Virus record (IMG/VR): IMGVR_UViG_3300017768_000024
Span: 1-36,876 of that record
From: a virus
Taxonomy: Duplodnaviria > Caudoviricetes
DNA length: 36,876 bases
Strand: one strand, 5' to 3'
Shown: positions 1 to 7,283 of the stretch, one piece after another
How the letters are laid out: each line of letters begins with the position of its first letter
Numbering within the stretch: the stretch's first letter is position 1
Position numbers and translations under genes: made by a program
The notes under the pieces: model-generated
Seen by the model: only the letters and a program-made list of their open reading frames with translations
Told to the model about the DNA's origin: nothing
Database searches by the model: none

Positions 1-1
1 A

Positions 2-484
2 GCTCTACATCACGACTTAGGTAAGGTTGGTGATATGGATAAAGATTATTATGTACCACAAGAATCAGAGTGGCATAGAAAGAATCGTGGTGAGATATTC
101 ACACACAATGGTGCTTTACAATACATGACTGTTACGGATAGAGCAGTATACATTCTTAATCAGTTTCAGATTCCAATGTCAGAGAATGAATACATAGGTT
201 TACGATTAGCAGATGGTATGTACGAGGATGCAAATAAGTCTTACTATATGTCTTATAATCCTGATTGGGCTTTGAAGTCAAACATCGCATATGTTTTACA
301 TCAAGCAGATATGATGGCTACTAAGATTGAGTATGACGAATTCAAACGTGGTGAGGTTGAAGAAGAAGTTAAGGTACAAGAAAAAGTTGAAAACATTAAG
401 AAAGCAGTAACGATGGAAGAAACGTCAGACCAATTATCTAAAAAATCAAAAGACCTTTTTGATGAATTGTTTGGAGAGAAATAA
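2..484 (+). CDS. HD-domain metal-dependent phosphohydrolase (5' partial)
   Basis: Frame is open from nt 2 (ALHHDLGKVGDM...), with HHDLGK and a later HQADMMA typical of HD domains. The true start lies upstream of the window, not at 35. Confidence 0.8.
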   Translation, partial: ALHHDLGKVGDMDKDYYVPQESEWHRKNRGEIFTHNGALQYMTVTDRAVYILNQFQIPMSENEYIGLRLADGMYEDANKSYYMSYNPDWALKSNIAYVLHQADMMATKIEYDEFKRGEVEEEVKVQEKVENIKKAVTMEETSDQLSKKSKDLFDELFGEK

Positions 485-747
485 TGATACTTGAAATAAT
501 AATGAGTTGTATAGCTGTAACATTTGCTTACACAACTTTTAACTTAACAAGAAAAGTTGAGACTTTAGAAACTTGGATAGTAAATATAGAAAACGAAATG
601 ACTCAGGTGCAGATAGAAATGAAAGAGATAGATGATAAAGGTTATTTTGAATCCGATGATGAAGTTGGTGAAAAATTTTCACAAATAAATAAAGTAATTC
701 AGAACATAGAAACCCTAAGAGGAGAAAATGCTAGCAATGCCAAGTAA
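484..747 (+). CDS. hypothetical protein, N-terminal TM helix + coiled coil
   Basis: GGAGAG RBS and TAATG coupling; hydrophobic N-terminus. Confidence 0.7.
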   Translation: MILEIIMSCIAVTFAYTTFNLTRKVETLETWIVNIENEMTQVQIEMKEIDDKGYFESDDEVGEKFSQINKVIQNIETLRGENASNAK

Positions 748-1507
748 ACAACAAGCAAAAATAAACGCAATGAAGAAACCTGTTAAAGTTGTTAAGAAGA
801 AGAGACGTAAAAAAAGTAAAGTATATTTTGGAACGCCAGTGCAAGAGGCAATCATTAGATACAATGAATCATCGAATCCTGCAGAAAAAAATAAAATTTA
901 TGCAGAAGAGGTTCACGCAGCATTTTGCAAGATGGCAGAAAACTTAATCCACACGTTTAAGTTTTATTATTTTGATTATCCTTTTGAAGAGGTAAAGAAT
1001 GAGGTTGTTTCATTTTTGGTTATGCAGATGCCAAAGTATGAACCAAGTAAAGGTAGAGCTTTTTCTTATTTTTCTGTTGTTGGGAAAAATTATCTGATTC
1101 TTAATAACAATAATAATTATAAGAAGATGAAGATACATGATGACATTGTAAAATTAGATTACAAACGGAATGTATTTTCAGAATCAGCAGATGTAGAAAA
1201 TAGTGAGTTCAATAGTGAATTCGTTGTACAGATGTTAGATTATTGGGATAACAATCTTACAAATATCTTTCATAGACAAAAAGATATTTTAGTTGCAGAT
1301 TCTGTATTAGAGTTGTTTAGGAAGAGAGCACATATTGAAAACTTTAATAAAAAAGCGTTATACATTATGATACGTGAGATGACTGGCAGTAACACTCAAC
1401 ATATAACTCGTGTCATTAATTCAATGAAAAAATTCTACGCTAATATGTTAGAGGAGTTTTCAAAAGATGGTGAGATTGATACATCGAATACAGGTAGTAT
1501 ATTCTAG
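728..1507 (+). CDS. phage late-transcription sigma factor (T4 gp55-like)
   Basis: GGAGA RBS; sigma region 2-like segment ...KMAENLIH...KYEPSKGRAFSYFSVVGKNYL resembles gp55-family (P/A)F(A/S)YF(T/S). Confidence 0.65.
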   Translation: MLAMPSKQQAKINAMKKPVKVVKKKRRKKSKVYFGTPVQEAIIRYNESSNPAEKNKIYAEEVHAAFCKMAENLIHTFKFYYFDYPFEEVKNEVVSFLVMQMPKYEPSKGRAFSYFSVVGKNYLILNNNNNYKKMKIHDDIVKLDYKRNVFSESADVENSEFNSEFVVQMLDYWDNNLTNIFHRQKDILVADSVLELFRKRAHIENFNKKALYIMIREMTGSNTQHITRVINSMKKFYANMLEEFSKDGEIDTSNTGSIF

Positions 1508-1764
1508 TGGGTTGGTTTTATTTCCATTGTGTTTTAGCGTTAGTTATACTCGTAAAAAATTACAATGGCACATTAGAAGATTCTTTAAATAATTTCGAAG
1601 AACGAATTGGTATTAGAACAGAGTTACCACCTAAAGAGACTGGCGATACTGTTCCATATTACATACCACCTGTAGAGGAAAAGGTAGATTCTACTTGGAT
1701 ACTACCTGAGAGGTTACAGATAAAAGAGGGGAAAGATAGTGGCAAAAAAAACAAGGGTTTATAA
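1507..1764 (+). CDS. hypothetical membrane-anchored protein
   Basis: GTG start overlapping the upstream TAG; hydrophobic N-terminus; fills the gap to phoH. Confidence 0.55.
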   Translation: MGWFYFHCVLALVILVKNYNGTLEDSLNNFEERIGIRTELPPKETGDTVPYYIPPVEEKVDSTWILPERLQIKEGKDSGKKNKGL

Positions 1765-2491
1765 GTCACCGATTGGGGCGATTCCCAAAATTGTGAACAA
1801 CATTAGTTTTAAGACACGGAATCAAAAAATATTTTATGACATAATAAGTGAAGACCAAACGCAATTAGTTTTATGTCATGGTATAGCTGGTACAGGTAAA
1901 ACCTACATCTCTGTTTATAAAGCGTTACAAGATGTGTTAAGACGTGGGACAGGCTATGATAAATTAATCATAATCAATCCTACTGTGGATGTTGGTAACG
2001 AGGATAAGTTAGGATACCTACCTGGTGAGTTAGATAAAAAGATTCAACAATATAACGAATCAACTTTCACCATATTAGATAAGATTGTTGGTAAGGATAA
2101 AGCTACAAAATTATTATCCGATGGTAAGGTTGAGATTAGTGTATTGAATTTTTTACGTGGAGTAAATTTAGAGAATTGTTATGTCATACTCGATGAGGCA
2201 CAAAATGTTTCACCGATGCAGATAAAGACCTTGATGACTCGTATATCAGAAAAGTGTAAGATGATTATACAAGGTGATATGAGTCAATGTGATAAGTACA
2301 AGACCAATGGTGTGACGAACTACGAGAAGAGTGGATTCTATGATGCGTGGTTCAGACTCAAGGGTACAAAAGGTGTAAATCACATGGAGTTTGATAGAGA
2401 AGACTCTGTAAGACATGAATTAGTTAAAAGGATTTTAAAAACATATGAGGATGAACATCTAATAGATTTAGAAAAAAATATGGCGACGTAA
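1739..2491 (+). CDS. phoH: PhoH-family ATPase
   Basis: GIAGTGKT Walker A, LGYLPG, FLRG, ILDEAQN, MTRI, GDxxQxD and VRH motifs. Confidence 0.95.
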   Translation: MAKKTRVYKSPIGAIPKIVNNISFKTRNQKIFYDIISEDQTQLVLCHGIAGTGKTYISVYKALQDVLRRGTGYDKLIIINPTVDVGNEDKLGYLPGELDKKIQQYNESTFTILDKIVGKDKATKLLSDGKVEISVLNFLRGVNLENCYVILDEAQNVSPMQIKTLMTRISEKCKMIIQGDMSQCDKYKTNGVTNYEKSGFYDAWFRLKGTKGVNHMEFDREDSVRHELVKRILKTYEDEHLIDLEKNMAT

Positions 2492-2504
2492 GGTTAGCCG
2501 CTAT

Positions 2505-2577
2505 GGGGCTGTAGCTCAGTTGGGAGAGCGCCGCACTTGCACTGCGGAGGTCGCAGGTTCGATTCCTGTCAGCTCCA
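2505..2577 (+). tRNA. tRNA-Ala(UGC)
   Basis: Cloverleaf GGGGCTG/CAGCTCC with G3:U70; anticodon arm CCGCA-CT TGC AC-TGCGG; TTCGATT T-loop; no encoded CCA. Confidence 0.97.
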
Positions 2578-2587
2578 CAAGATTGTT

Positions 2588-3262
2588 ATGATAGAAATAA
2601 ATAAATATAAAAATTACGATGAGATGTCTAAGTGGGTAGTAGAACAAATCAGAGATGCTATCAACTTTAATTCTGTAACAAAACATTTTACATTAGGATT
2701 AGCAACTGGTTCTACACCACTTGGTATATATAAATACATGCGTGATGAGACTTGGGATTCTAAAAAGGTATATACATTTAATCTTGATGAGTATGCCGAC
2801 TTACCATACAACCATCCACAATCATATGAACACTTCATGGAAGAAAACTTATTTGCATATAAACAATTTAGATATAGTTATTTCCCTGAGAATGAAAGGT
2901 ATGATGACATCATTAAGAACAATGGTGGTATAGATATACAAATACTTGGTATTGGTACTAACGGACATATAGCATTTAATGAACCAGGCTCACCAAGAGA
3001 TTCTCTTACAAGGAAAGTGGAGTTAACAGAAAATACACGTAAGGATAACAGTAGGTTCTTTGATATTATTGATGATGTCCCAACTCATGCTTGGACTATG
3101 GGGATAGAAAGTATTATGAGAGCTAAACAAATTTATCTGTTAGCTAATGGTAAACACAAGAAAGATATTTTAGAGAAAGCATGTTATGGTGATATCACTT
3201 CAGACATACCGGCTTCCTATTTACAAGAACACAATAATATAGAGGTATTGTACTGTGATTGA
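2588..3262 (+). CDS. nagB: glucosamine-6-phosphate deaminase
   Basis: GLATGSTP, FNLDEY, DIQILGIGTNGHIAFNEPG, TMGI and PASYLQEH motifs. Start moved to ATG 2588 because 2537 lies inside the tRNA. Confidence 0.95.
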   Translation: MIEINKYKNYDEMSKWVVEQIRDAINFNSVTKHFTLGLATGSTPLGIYKYMRDETWDSKKVYTFNLDEYADLPYNHPQSYEHFMEENLFAYKQFRYSYFPENERYDDIIKNNGGIDIQILGIGTNGHIAFNEPGSPRDSLTRKVELTENTRKDNSRFFDIIDDVPTHAWTMGIESIMRAKQIYLLANGKHKKDILEKACYGDITSDIPASYLQEHNNIEVLYCD

Positions 3263-3752
3263 CAAAATAATGATTGTTGCTCATCCTGATGATGAGGCGT
3301 TATTTGGTGGGGCTGAATTACTATCCCATCCAGATGAATATAAAGTTGTAGTATTAGATGAGTATCAGAATGATATAAGAAGAAGAGAGTTCTTAGATAG
3401 TATGAGGTTTATCGGTATTCACGAATACGAACATTGGACTGGCTTCAAAGGTGCTGAGGATTATTATAGGGAAAAACTTATATATGAACTACTGAGAGTT
3501 TTAAGGGAAAGAAAATATACCAAGATAGTAACACACAATACCGATGGAGAATATGGACACCCGCGACATAGAGCTTGTCACGATGTATTGTCACACCTTA
3601 GACCTGAGAAACTATGGGTGTTTGGTAGGGGTGAAAAATTAGATGACGATATGATAAAAAGAAAAAGTGATTTATTAAAGGTATATAAATCACAAGTAGA
3701 AGTTTTAGATTGGTTTAATTGGGAATATGAAACGATAAGAAAATTTCAATAA
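3255..3752 (+). CDS. PIG-L/LmbE-family N-acetylglucosaminyl deacetylase
   Basis: VAHPDDE and THN..GEYGHPRH zinc motifs; GTG start with GAGG RBS, overlapping the nagB end. Confidence 0.88.
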   Translation: MIDKIMIVAHPDDEALFGGAELLSHPDEYKVVVLDEYQNDIRRREFLDSMRFIGIHEYEHWTGFKGAEDYYREKLIYELLRVLRERKYTKIVTHNTDGEYGHPRHRACHDVLSHLRPEKLWVFGRGEKLDDDMIKRKSDLLKVYKSQVEVLDWFNWEYETIRKFQ

Positions 3753-3757
3753 TAAAT

Positions 3758-3829
3758 GGCCCGTTCGTCTAGTGGTTAGGACTCAGGATTTTCATTCCTG
3801 CAACAGGGGTTCGATTCCCCTACGGGCTA
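3758..3829 (+). tRNA. tRNA-Glu(UUC)
   Basis: GGCCCGT/ACGGGCT acceptor stem; CAGGA-TT TTC AT-TCCTG anticodon arm; AGGGG-TTCGATT-CCCCT T arm. Confidence 0.96.
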
Positions 3830-3833
3830 CATC

Positions 3834-3906
3834 GCCATCTTAGCTCAGTTGGTAGAGCAGTTCATTAGTAATGAACAGGTCGTCAGTTCGAATCTGACAG
3901 ATGGCT
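3834..3906 (+). tRNA. tRNA-Thr(AGU)
   Basis: GCCATCT/AGATGGC acceptor stem; GTTCA-TT AGT AA-TGAAC anticodon arm (anticodon 3867-3869); GTCAG-TTCGAAT-CTGAC T arm. Confidence 0.93.
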
Positions 3907-3914
3907 CAGAAAAC

Positions 3915-3944
3915 AAAAAAGGGAAGCTTTCACTTCCCTTTTTT
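3915..3944. terminator. bidirectional intrinsic terminator
   Basis: AAAAAAGGGAAG-CTTTCA-CTTCCCTTTTTT between the tRNA cluster and a convergent minus-strand gene. Confidence 0.9.
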
Positions 3945-3985
3945 ATTGCCCTACATTGATTGTAGGAATGTAGAGCTATTCCGTC

Positions 3986-4207
3986 CTACTTGCGAAATAA
4001 ACCCACCAACACCAATAAGGCGACAAGCCCAGCGAAGCCTGACTCGCCGAACTTATTAATGATGGATGTGAGGTTACCTATAACGTTGACGCCAAAGATA
4101 CCAGACCCAAATATTACTTCAGATACAGCACCTATAGCCACAAAAGACATTAATAGATGAGCTAAGTCATCTACATATCCTTTGACCATTGTTACGACTT
4201 CCTTCAT
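3986..4207 (-). CDS. small hydrophobic membrane protein (73 aa)
   Basis: GGGAGA RBS; two hydrophobic segments and a basic C-terminus; occupies an otherwise non-coding interval. Confidence 0.85.
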   Translation of the reverse strand: MKEVVTMVKGYVDDLAHLLMSFVAIGAVSEVIFGSGIFGVNVIGNLTSIINKFGESGFAGLVALLVLVGLFRK

Positions 4208-4228
4208 GGTTTTCTCCCGTTAGTTAAC

Positions 4229-4269
4229 AAAAAAAAAGGTCACACGATTTTTTAAGAACCGAGTAACCT
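4229..4269 (-). promoter_or_regulatory. leader hairpin followed by U9 tract (attenuator/terminator-like)
   Basis: Minus strand reads AGGTTAC-T-CGGTT-(7 nt)-AATCG-T-GTGACC then T9, upstream of the RBS of 3986..4207. Confidence 0.5.
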
Positions 4270-4342
4270 CTATAATAACTATATGGTTGATAAATAAAAA
4301 TTCACGATATATATTTATATATTAGTATTTTTTTTGATTTAT

Positions 4343-4356
4343 ATATTTATAATTGA
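4343..4356 (+). promoter_or_regulatory. putative late promoter motif ATATTTATAATTGA
   Basis: Identical 14-mer at 16644..16657; ATATTTAT core also at 4311, 19512 and 36166, all in spacers upstream of operons. Confidence 0.55.
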
Positions 4357-4373
4357 CAACACATAGGTAAATC

Positions 4374-4778
4374 ATGGCTATAGATTACGAAATCTTTGAT
4401 GGAAAATCTCTTTCCTCACTATTCAAAGATATATACGATAATACAGAATTTAACAGAAAACAGTTAGAAGTTCTAACTAAAGAGCTCGTGCAATTTATTA
4501 AAGATGGTGACACGGCTGTTCAGATAGTTCCTATGATAAAGGAGTATCTTGAAATTAATGTTAAGAATGATGACCAACTTGTTAAGATGGCTGGAATCGT
4601 TCAGAGGTTAATTTCTACTGAACAAAAGGCTGGTAGTGAGGATGAGTTTGGTTTATCTGAAGAAGAAAAGAAACAACTCTTATCAAACATAGAGGACACT
4701 GTTTTAGATATTCAACAAGAATCAGATAAAATTCACACGAGGATTGATGATATGAAAGCACCAGATGGCATATCATAA
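4374..4778 (+). CDS. phage hypothetical protein (helical)
   Basis: AGGT RBS; first gene of the baseplate operon; no recognisable catalytic motif. Confidence 0.8.
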   Translation: MAIDYEIFDGKSLSSLFKDIYDNTEFNRKQLEVLTKELVQFIKDGDTAVQIVPMIKEYLEINVKNDDQLVKMAGIVQRLISTEQKAGSEDEFGLSEEEKKQLLSNIEDTVLDIQQESDKIHTRIDDMKAPDGIS

Positions 4779-5916
4779 GCAATTATTTCCAGATAAGAGA
4801 ACAAAGCGTGATGGTAATTTAGCGAAATATAACGCTGATTTAGATAAATATGTAAGTGATAGAATACAATCTGCACAAACAGAGTTTCATGAAATTGAAG
4901 CATTTGAAGTAACCGAAATATCAAAGGAAGTTTATGGTGGTGTCAAGGGTGTCTTTATTGATGAGGATTCACAGACTGTCAAAGGATTTGGTCAAAATGA
5001 AGATATCGTTTTATGTCTAAAACCTAATTTTACACAAATACCTTTAGTAGGTGAACACGTTGCTGTTATTGAGTTCAACAATAAACACTATTACACAGAT
5101 ATAATAAATAGACAAAATTCACCGAATGAAAACGCTCTAGCTGGCACGTCGGGTTATGACGAATTAAAAAAATATGGTGATACATTTCAACGTGATAAAA
5201 GCATAAAGCATATTGATATAAATGAGGGTGATATAGTTTTTAACAGTAGATTTAATGGTGGAATTGTTTTAGGTTCAGATGATAATAAAGCAGTAACAAA
5301 AATTGTTGTAGGTCATAAAAAAGTTAAGAATAATCTATATTCTCAAAATATTGATTTCGATGATAGTTCAATATATCTGATGTCTGAAGGAACCGCCACA
5401 AACTTAAATGGTCAACGAGTTGAGGGAAAAAAAGTCTTAATTAAAAGTGATGACATATTTATTACTGGAAGAAATAATATATTTTTAGAGGCAGATGAAG
5501 TTTTTATAAATGCTAAAAAAGTTGGAACTATAAAAATGGGTGACCCAAGAGCACCAATGGTTCCAACCATAAGAGGTGATGTGATGTTAAAATTTCAAAG
5601 TGATATTTTGACACTATTTTCTGACATTCAACAAGTATTAGTCTTATTAATTGCAAATCCAGCGGTGTTTGTAGCGAAAGCTAAAGCACTAGTTGATAAA
5701 ATAGTAAGACTGACTGAGGTAATTACGAAACAAACTTTTCTTAATAAACAAGTGATGACGGCTAATCCAGATTTTAAATTACCTAAATTAGAAATACCAG
5801 ATTTAGATTTACCAGATGTACCAAATATAAAAGTACCAAATTTAGATTTACCAGATTTAGATTTACCAGATGTAGATTTAGGGATATCAAAAGAAGACTT
5901 GGAAGACATTACATAG
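4765..5916 (+). CDS. baseplate hub/central spike protein (gp5/gpV-like)
   Basis: QIPLVGEHVAVI (OB-fold-type motif), NEGDIVFNSRF, short beta-strand repeats; lies upstream of gp25/gp6-like genes. Confidence 0.55.
   Translation: MAYHKQLFPDKRTKRDGNLAKYNADLDKYVSDRIQSAQTEFHEIEAFEVTEISKEVYGGVKGVFIDEDSQTVKGFGQNEDIVLCLKPNFTQIPLVGEHVAVIEFNNKHYYTDIINRQNSPNENALAGTSGYDELKKYGDTFQRDKSIKHIDINEGDIVFNSRFNGGIVLGSDDNKAVTKIVVGHKKVKNNLYSQNIDFDDSSIYLMSEGTATNLNGQRVEGKKVLIKSDDIFITGRNNIFLEADEVFINAKKVGTIKMGDPRAPMVPTIRGDVMLKFQSDILTLFSDIQQVLVLLIANPAVFVAKAKALVDKIVRLTEVITKQTFLNKQVMTANPDFKLPKLEIPDLDLPDVPNIKVPNLDLPDLDLPDVDLGISKEDLEDIT
5767..5880 (+). repeat. 15-nt coding repeat (P-D-L-D-L pentapeptide)
   Basis: CCAGATTTAGATTTA and degenerate copies encode PDFKL PKLEI PDLDL PDV PNIKV PNLDL PDLDL PDVDL. 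Confidence 0.85.
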
Positions 5917-5925
5917 GAGAAAATC

Positions 5926-6420
5926 ATGGCAAAAAAATTAGATACTCGTGAGTATGAAGCAGAATTAATTAAAGTTGTTGATGGTGATACCATTGATTGT
6001 TATATAGATTTAGGTTTTGATATTAAAATTAAAAAAAGAGTTCGTTACATGGGTATCGATACTTGGGAATCTCGTACAAGAGATTTAAAAGAAAAAGAAA
6101 AAGGTTTAGCTGCAAAAGCAAGAAATAAAGAATTATTAGAAGCTGGTATTTTCAAATTAAAATCATTTGGTACAGGTAAGTTTGGTAGAGTTTTGGGTGA
6201 AATATTTGTATCACCAGACTACGTAGGTGAGCACATTACTGAATGTATAAATAGTGTTGAAAGTTCTATAGACTTATCAGTAGATGGTTGGGTTAGCGTT
6301 AACGATATTCTTATCGAAGAGGGACACGCTTACGATTATCATGGTGGTAAGAAAAAAGATTTTAAAAAAGAGATTACCGAAGAAAAACAAAAACAAGAAG
6401 AATCTATTAAAGAAGTCTAA
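5926..6420 (+). CDS. thermonuclease (SNase)-family nuclease
   Basis: VVDGDTID, VRYMGIDTWE, GKFGRVLG and VNDILIEEGHA motifs; AGGAG RBS. Confidence 0.88.
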   Translation: MAKKLDTREYEAELIKVVDGDTIDCYIDLGFDIKIKKRVRYMGIDTWESRTRDLKEKEKGLAAKARNKELLEAGIFKLKSFGTGKFGRVLGEIFVSPDYVGEHITECINSVESSIDLSVDGWVSVNDILIEEGHAYDYHGGKKKDFKKEITEEKQKQEESIKEV

Positions 6421-6442
6421 ATAAGAAAGAGGGCGTTTTAAA

Positions 6443-6874
6443 ATGACAAAAAAAGACCTGATAAAAATAATCAGAGAAGCAGTTCGTAAAGAAGTCAAAA
6501 AAGAAGTTCAAAAGATATTTATGAATGAAACAAAGACTAAAACTATCGAACAACCAAAACAAATTAAAACTTCACAAAAAAAATTCACAGATAACAAAGC
6601 ACTAAATGACGTGTTAAACGAAACTGTTGGATTGAGAACATCAGAAAAACAAACTGAAGAATATCCAACATTGGGTGGTGGAACATTTGATTCATCAAAA
6701 ATGGCTGAGTTAATGGGTTATGGAAAATCAGACGAAGTCAAAAGAGATATGGTTGCGATAGATACTTTGAAAAAAGCAGGTAAGTCTGTTGATGACGTAC
6801 CAGAAGCAGTGACTCAAGCATTAACTCGTGACTATAGTGATTTAATGAAAGCTATCAATAAGAAAGGTAAGTAA
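6443..6874 (+). CDS. hypothetical, probable virion-associated protein
   Basis: N-terminal KKDLIKIIREAVRKE motif; GAGG RBS. Confidence 0.75.
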   Translation: MTKKDLIKIIREAVRKEVKKEVQKIFMNETKTKTIEQPKQIKTSQKKFTDNKALNDVLNETVGLRTSEKQTEEYPTLGGGTFDSSKMAELMGYGKSDEVKRDMVAIDTLKKAGKSVDDVPEAVTQALTRDYSDLMKAINKKGK

Positions 6875-7272
6875 TGTCTGCAAGACAAAATGACCTTAAC
6901 GCAAATACATTTGTGGGATTATCATTTCCACTTAAAGGTGATTCATTCAATGACTTTGCTTTAACAAAAACTTCTATTGAACAATCAGTTCATAATTTAA
7001 GAAATTTATTGTTGACGCAAGTTGGTGAAAGAGTATCACAGCCTGAATTTGGTAGTCGAGTAAGAGAAATTTGTTTTGAACAGATTGATGATGAGTTACC
7101 TATAAAAATTGAAACTGAAATTAAAAGAGCAGTAGCACAATGGTTGTCTTATATAACAATTAACAGCGTTGAAACTTTAACAGAAGATGGTGATAGGAGT
7201 AAAGTATTTGTAAAAATAAAATTCGTACCTGCTCTTAGTTCAGAGGAACGAGAACTTTTACTAAACGTTTAA
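6874..7272 (+). CDS. baseplate wedge protein, GPW/gp25 family
   Basis: NLRNLLLTQVGERVSQPEFGS...FE motif. Confidence 0.9.
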   Translation: MSARQNDLNANTFVGLSFPLKGDSFNDFALTKTSIEQSVHNLRNLLLTQVGERVSQPEFGSRVREICFEQIDDELPIKIETEIKRAVAQWLSYITINSVETLTEDGDRSKVFVKIKFVPALSSEERELLLNV

Positions 7273-7283
7273 CGGATAATAGA

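Noticed and set aside
1739-2491. phoH as a novel auxiliary gene
   Set aside because: Common in large aquatic phages.
2537-2587. N-terminal extension of nagB in the ORF track
   Set aside because: The TTG start lies within tRNA-Ala; ATG 2588 is more plausible.
4374-4778. Terminase small subunit
   Set aside because: Size and helicity fit, but there is no diagnostic motif or adjacent large subunit.
5767-5880. Short repeats as CRISPR or DGR elements (also 24133-24186)
   Set aside because: They are in-frame coding repeats with no spacers; no cas or reverse transcriptase gene is in the window.
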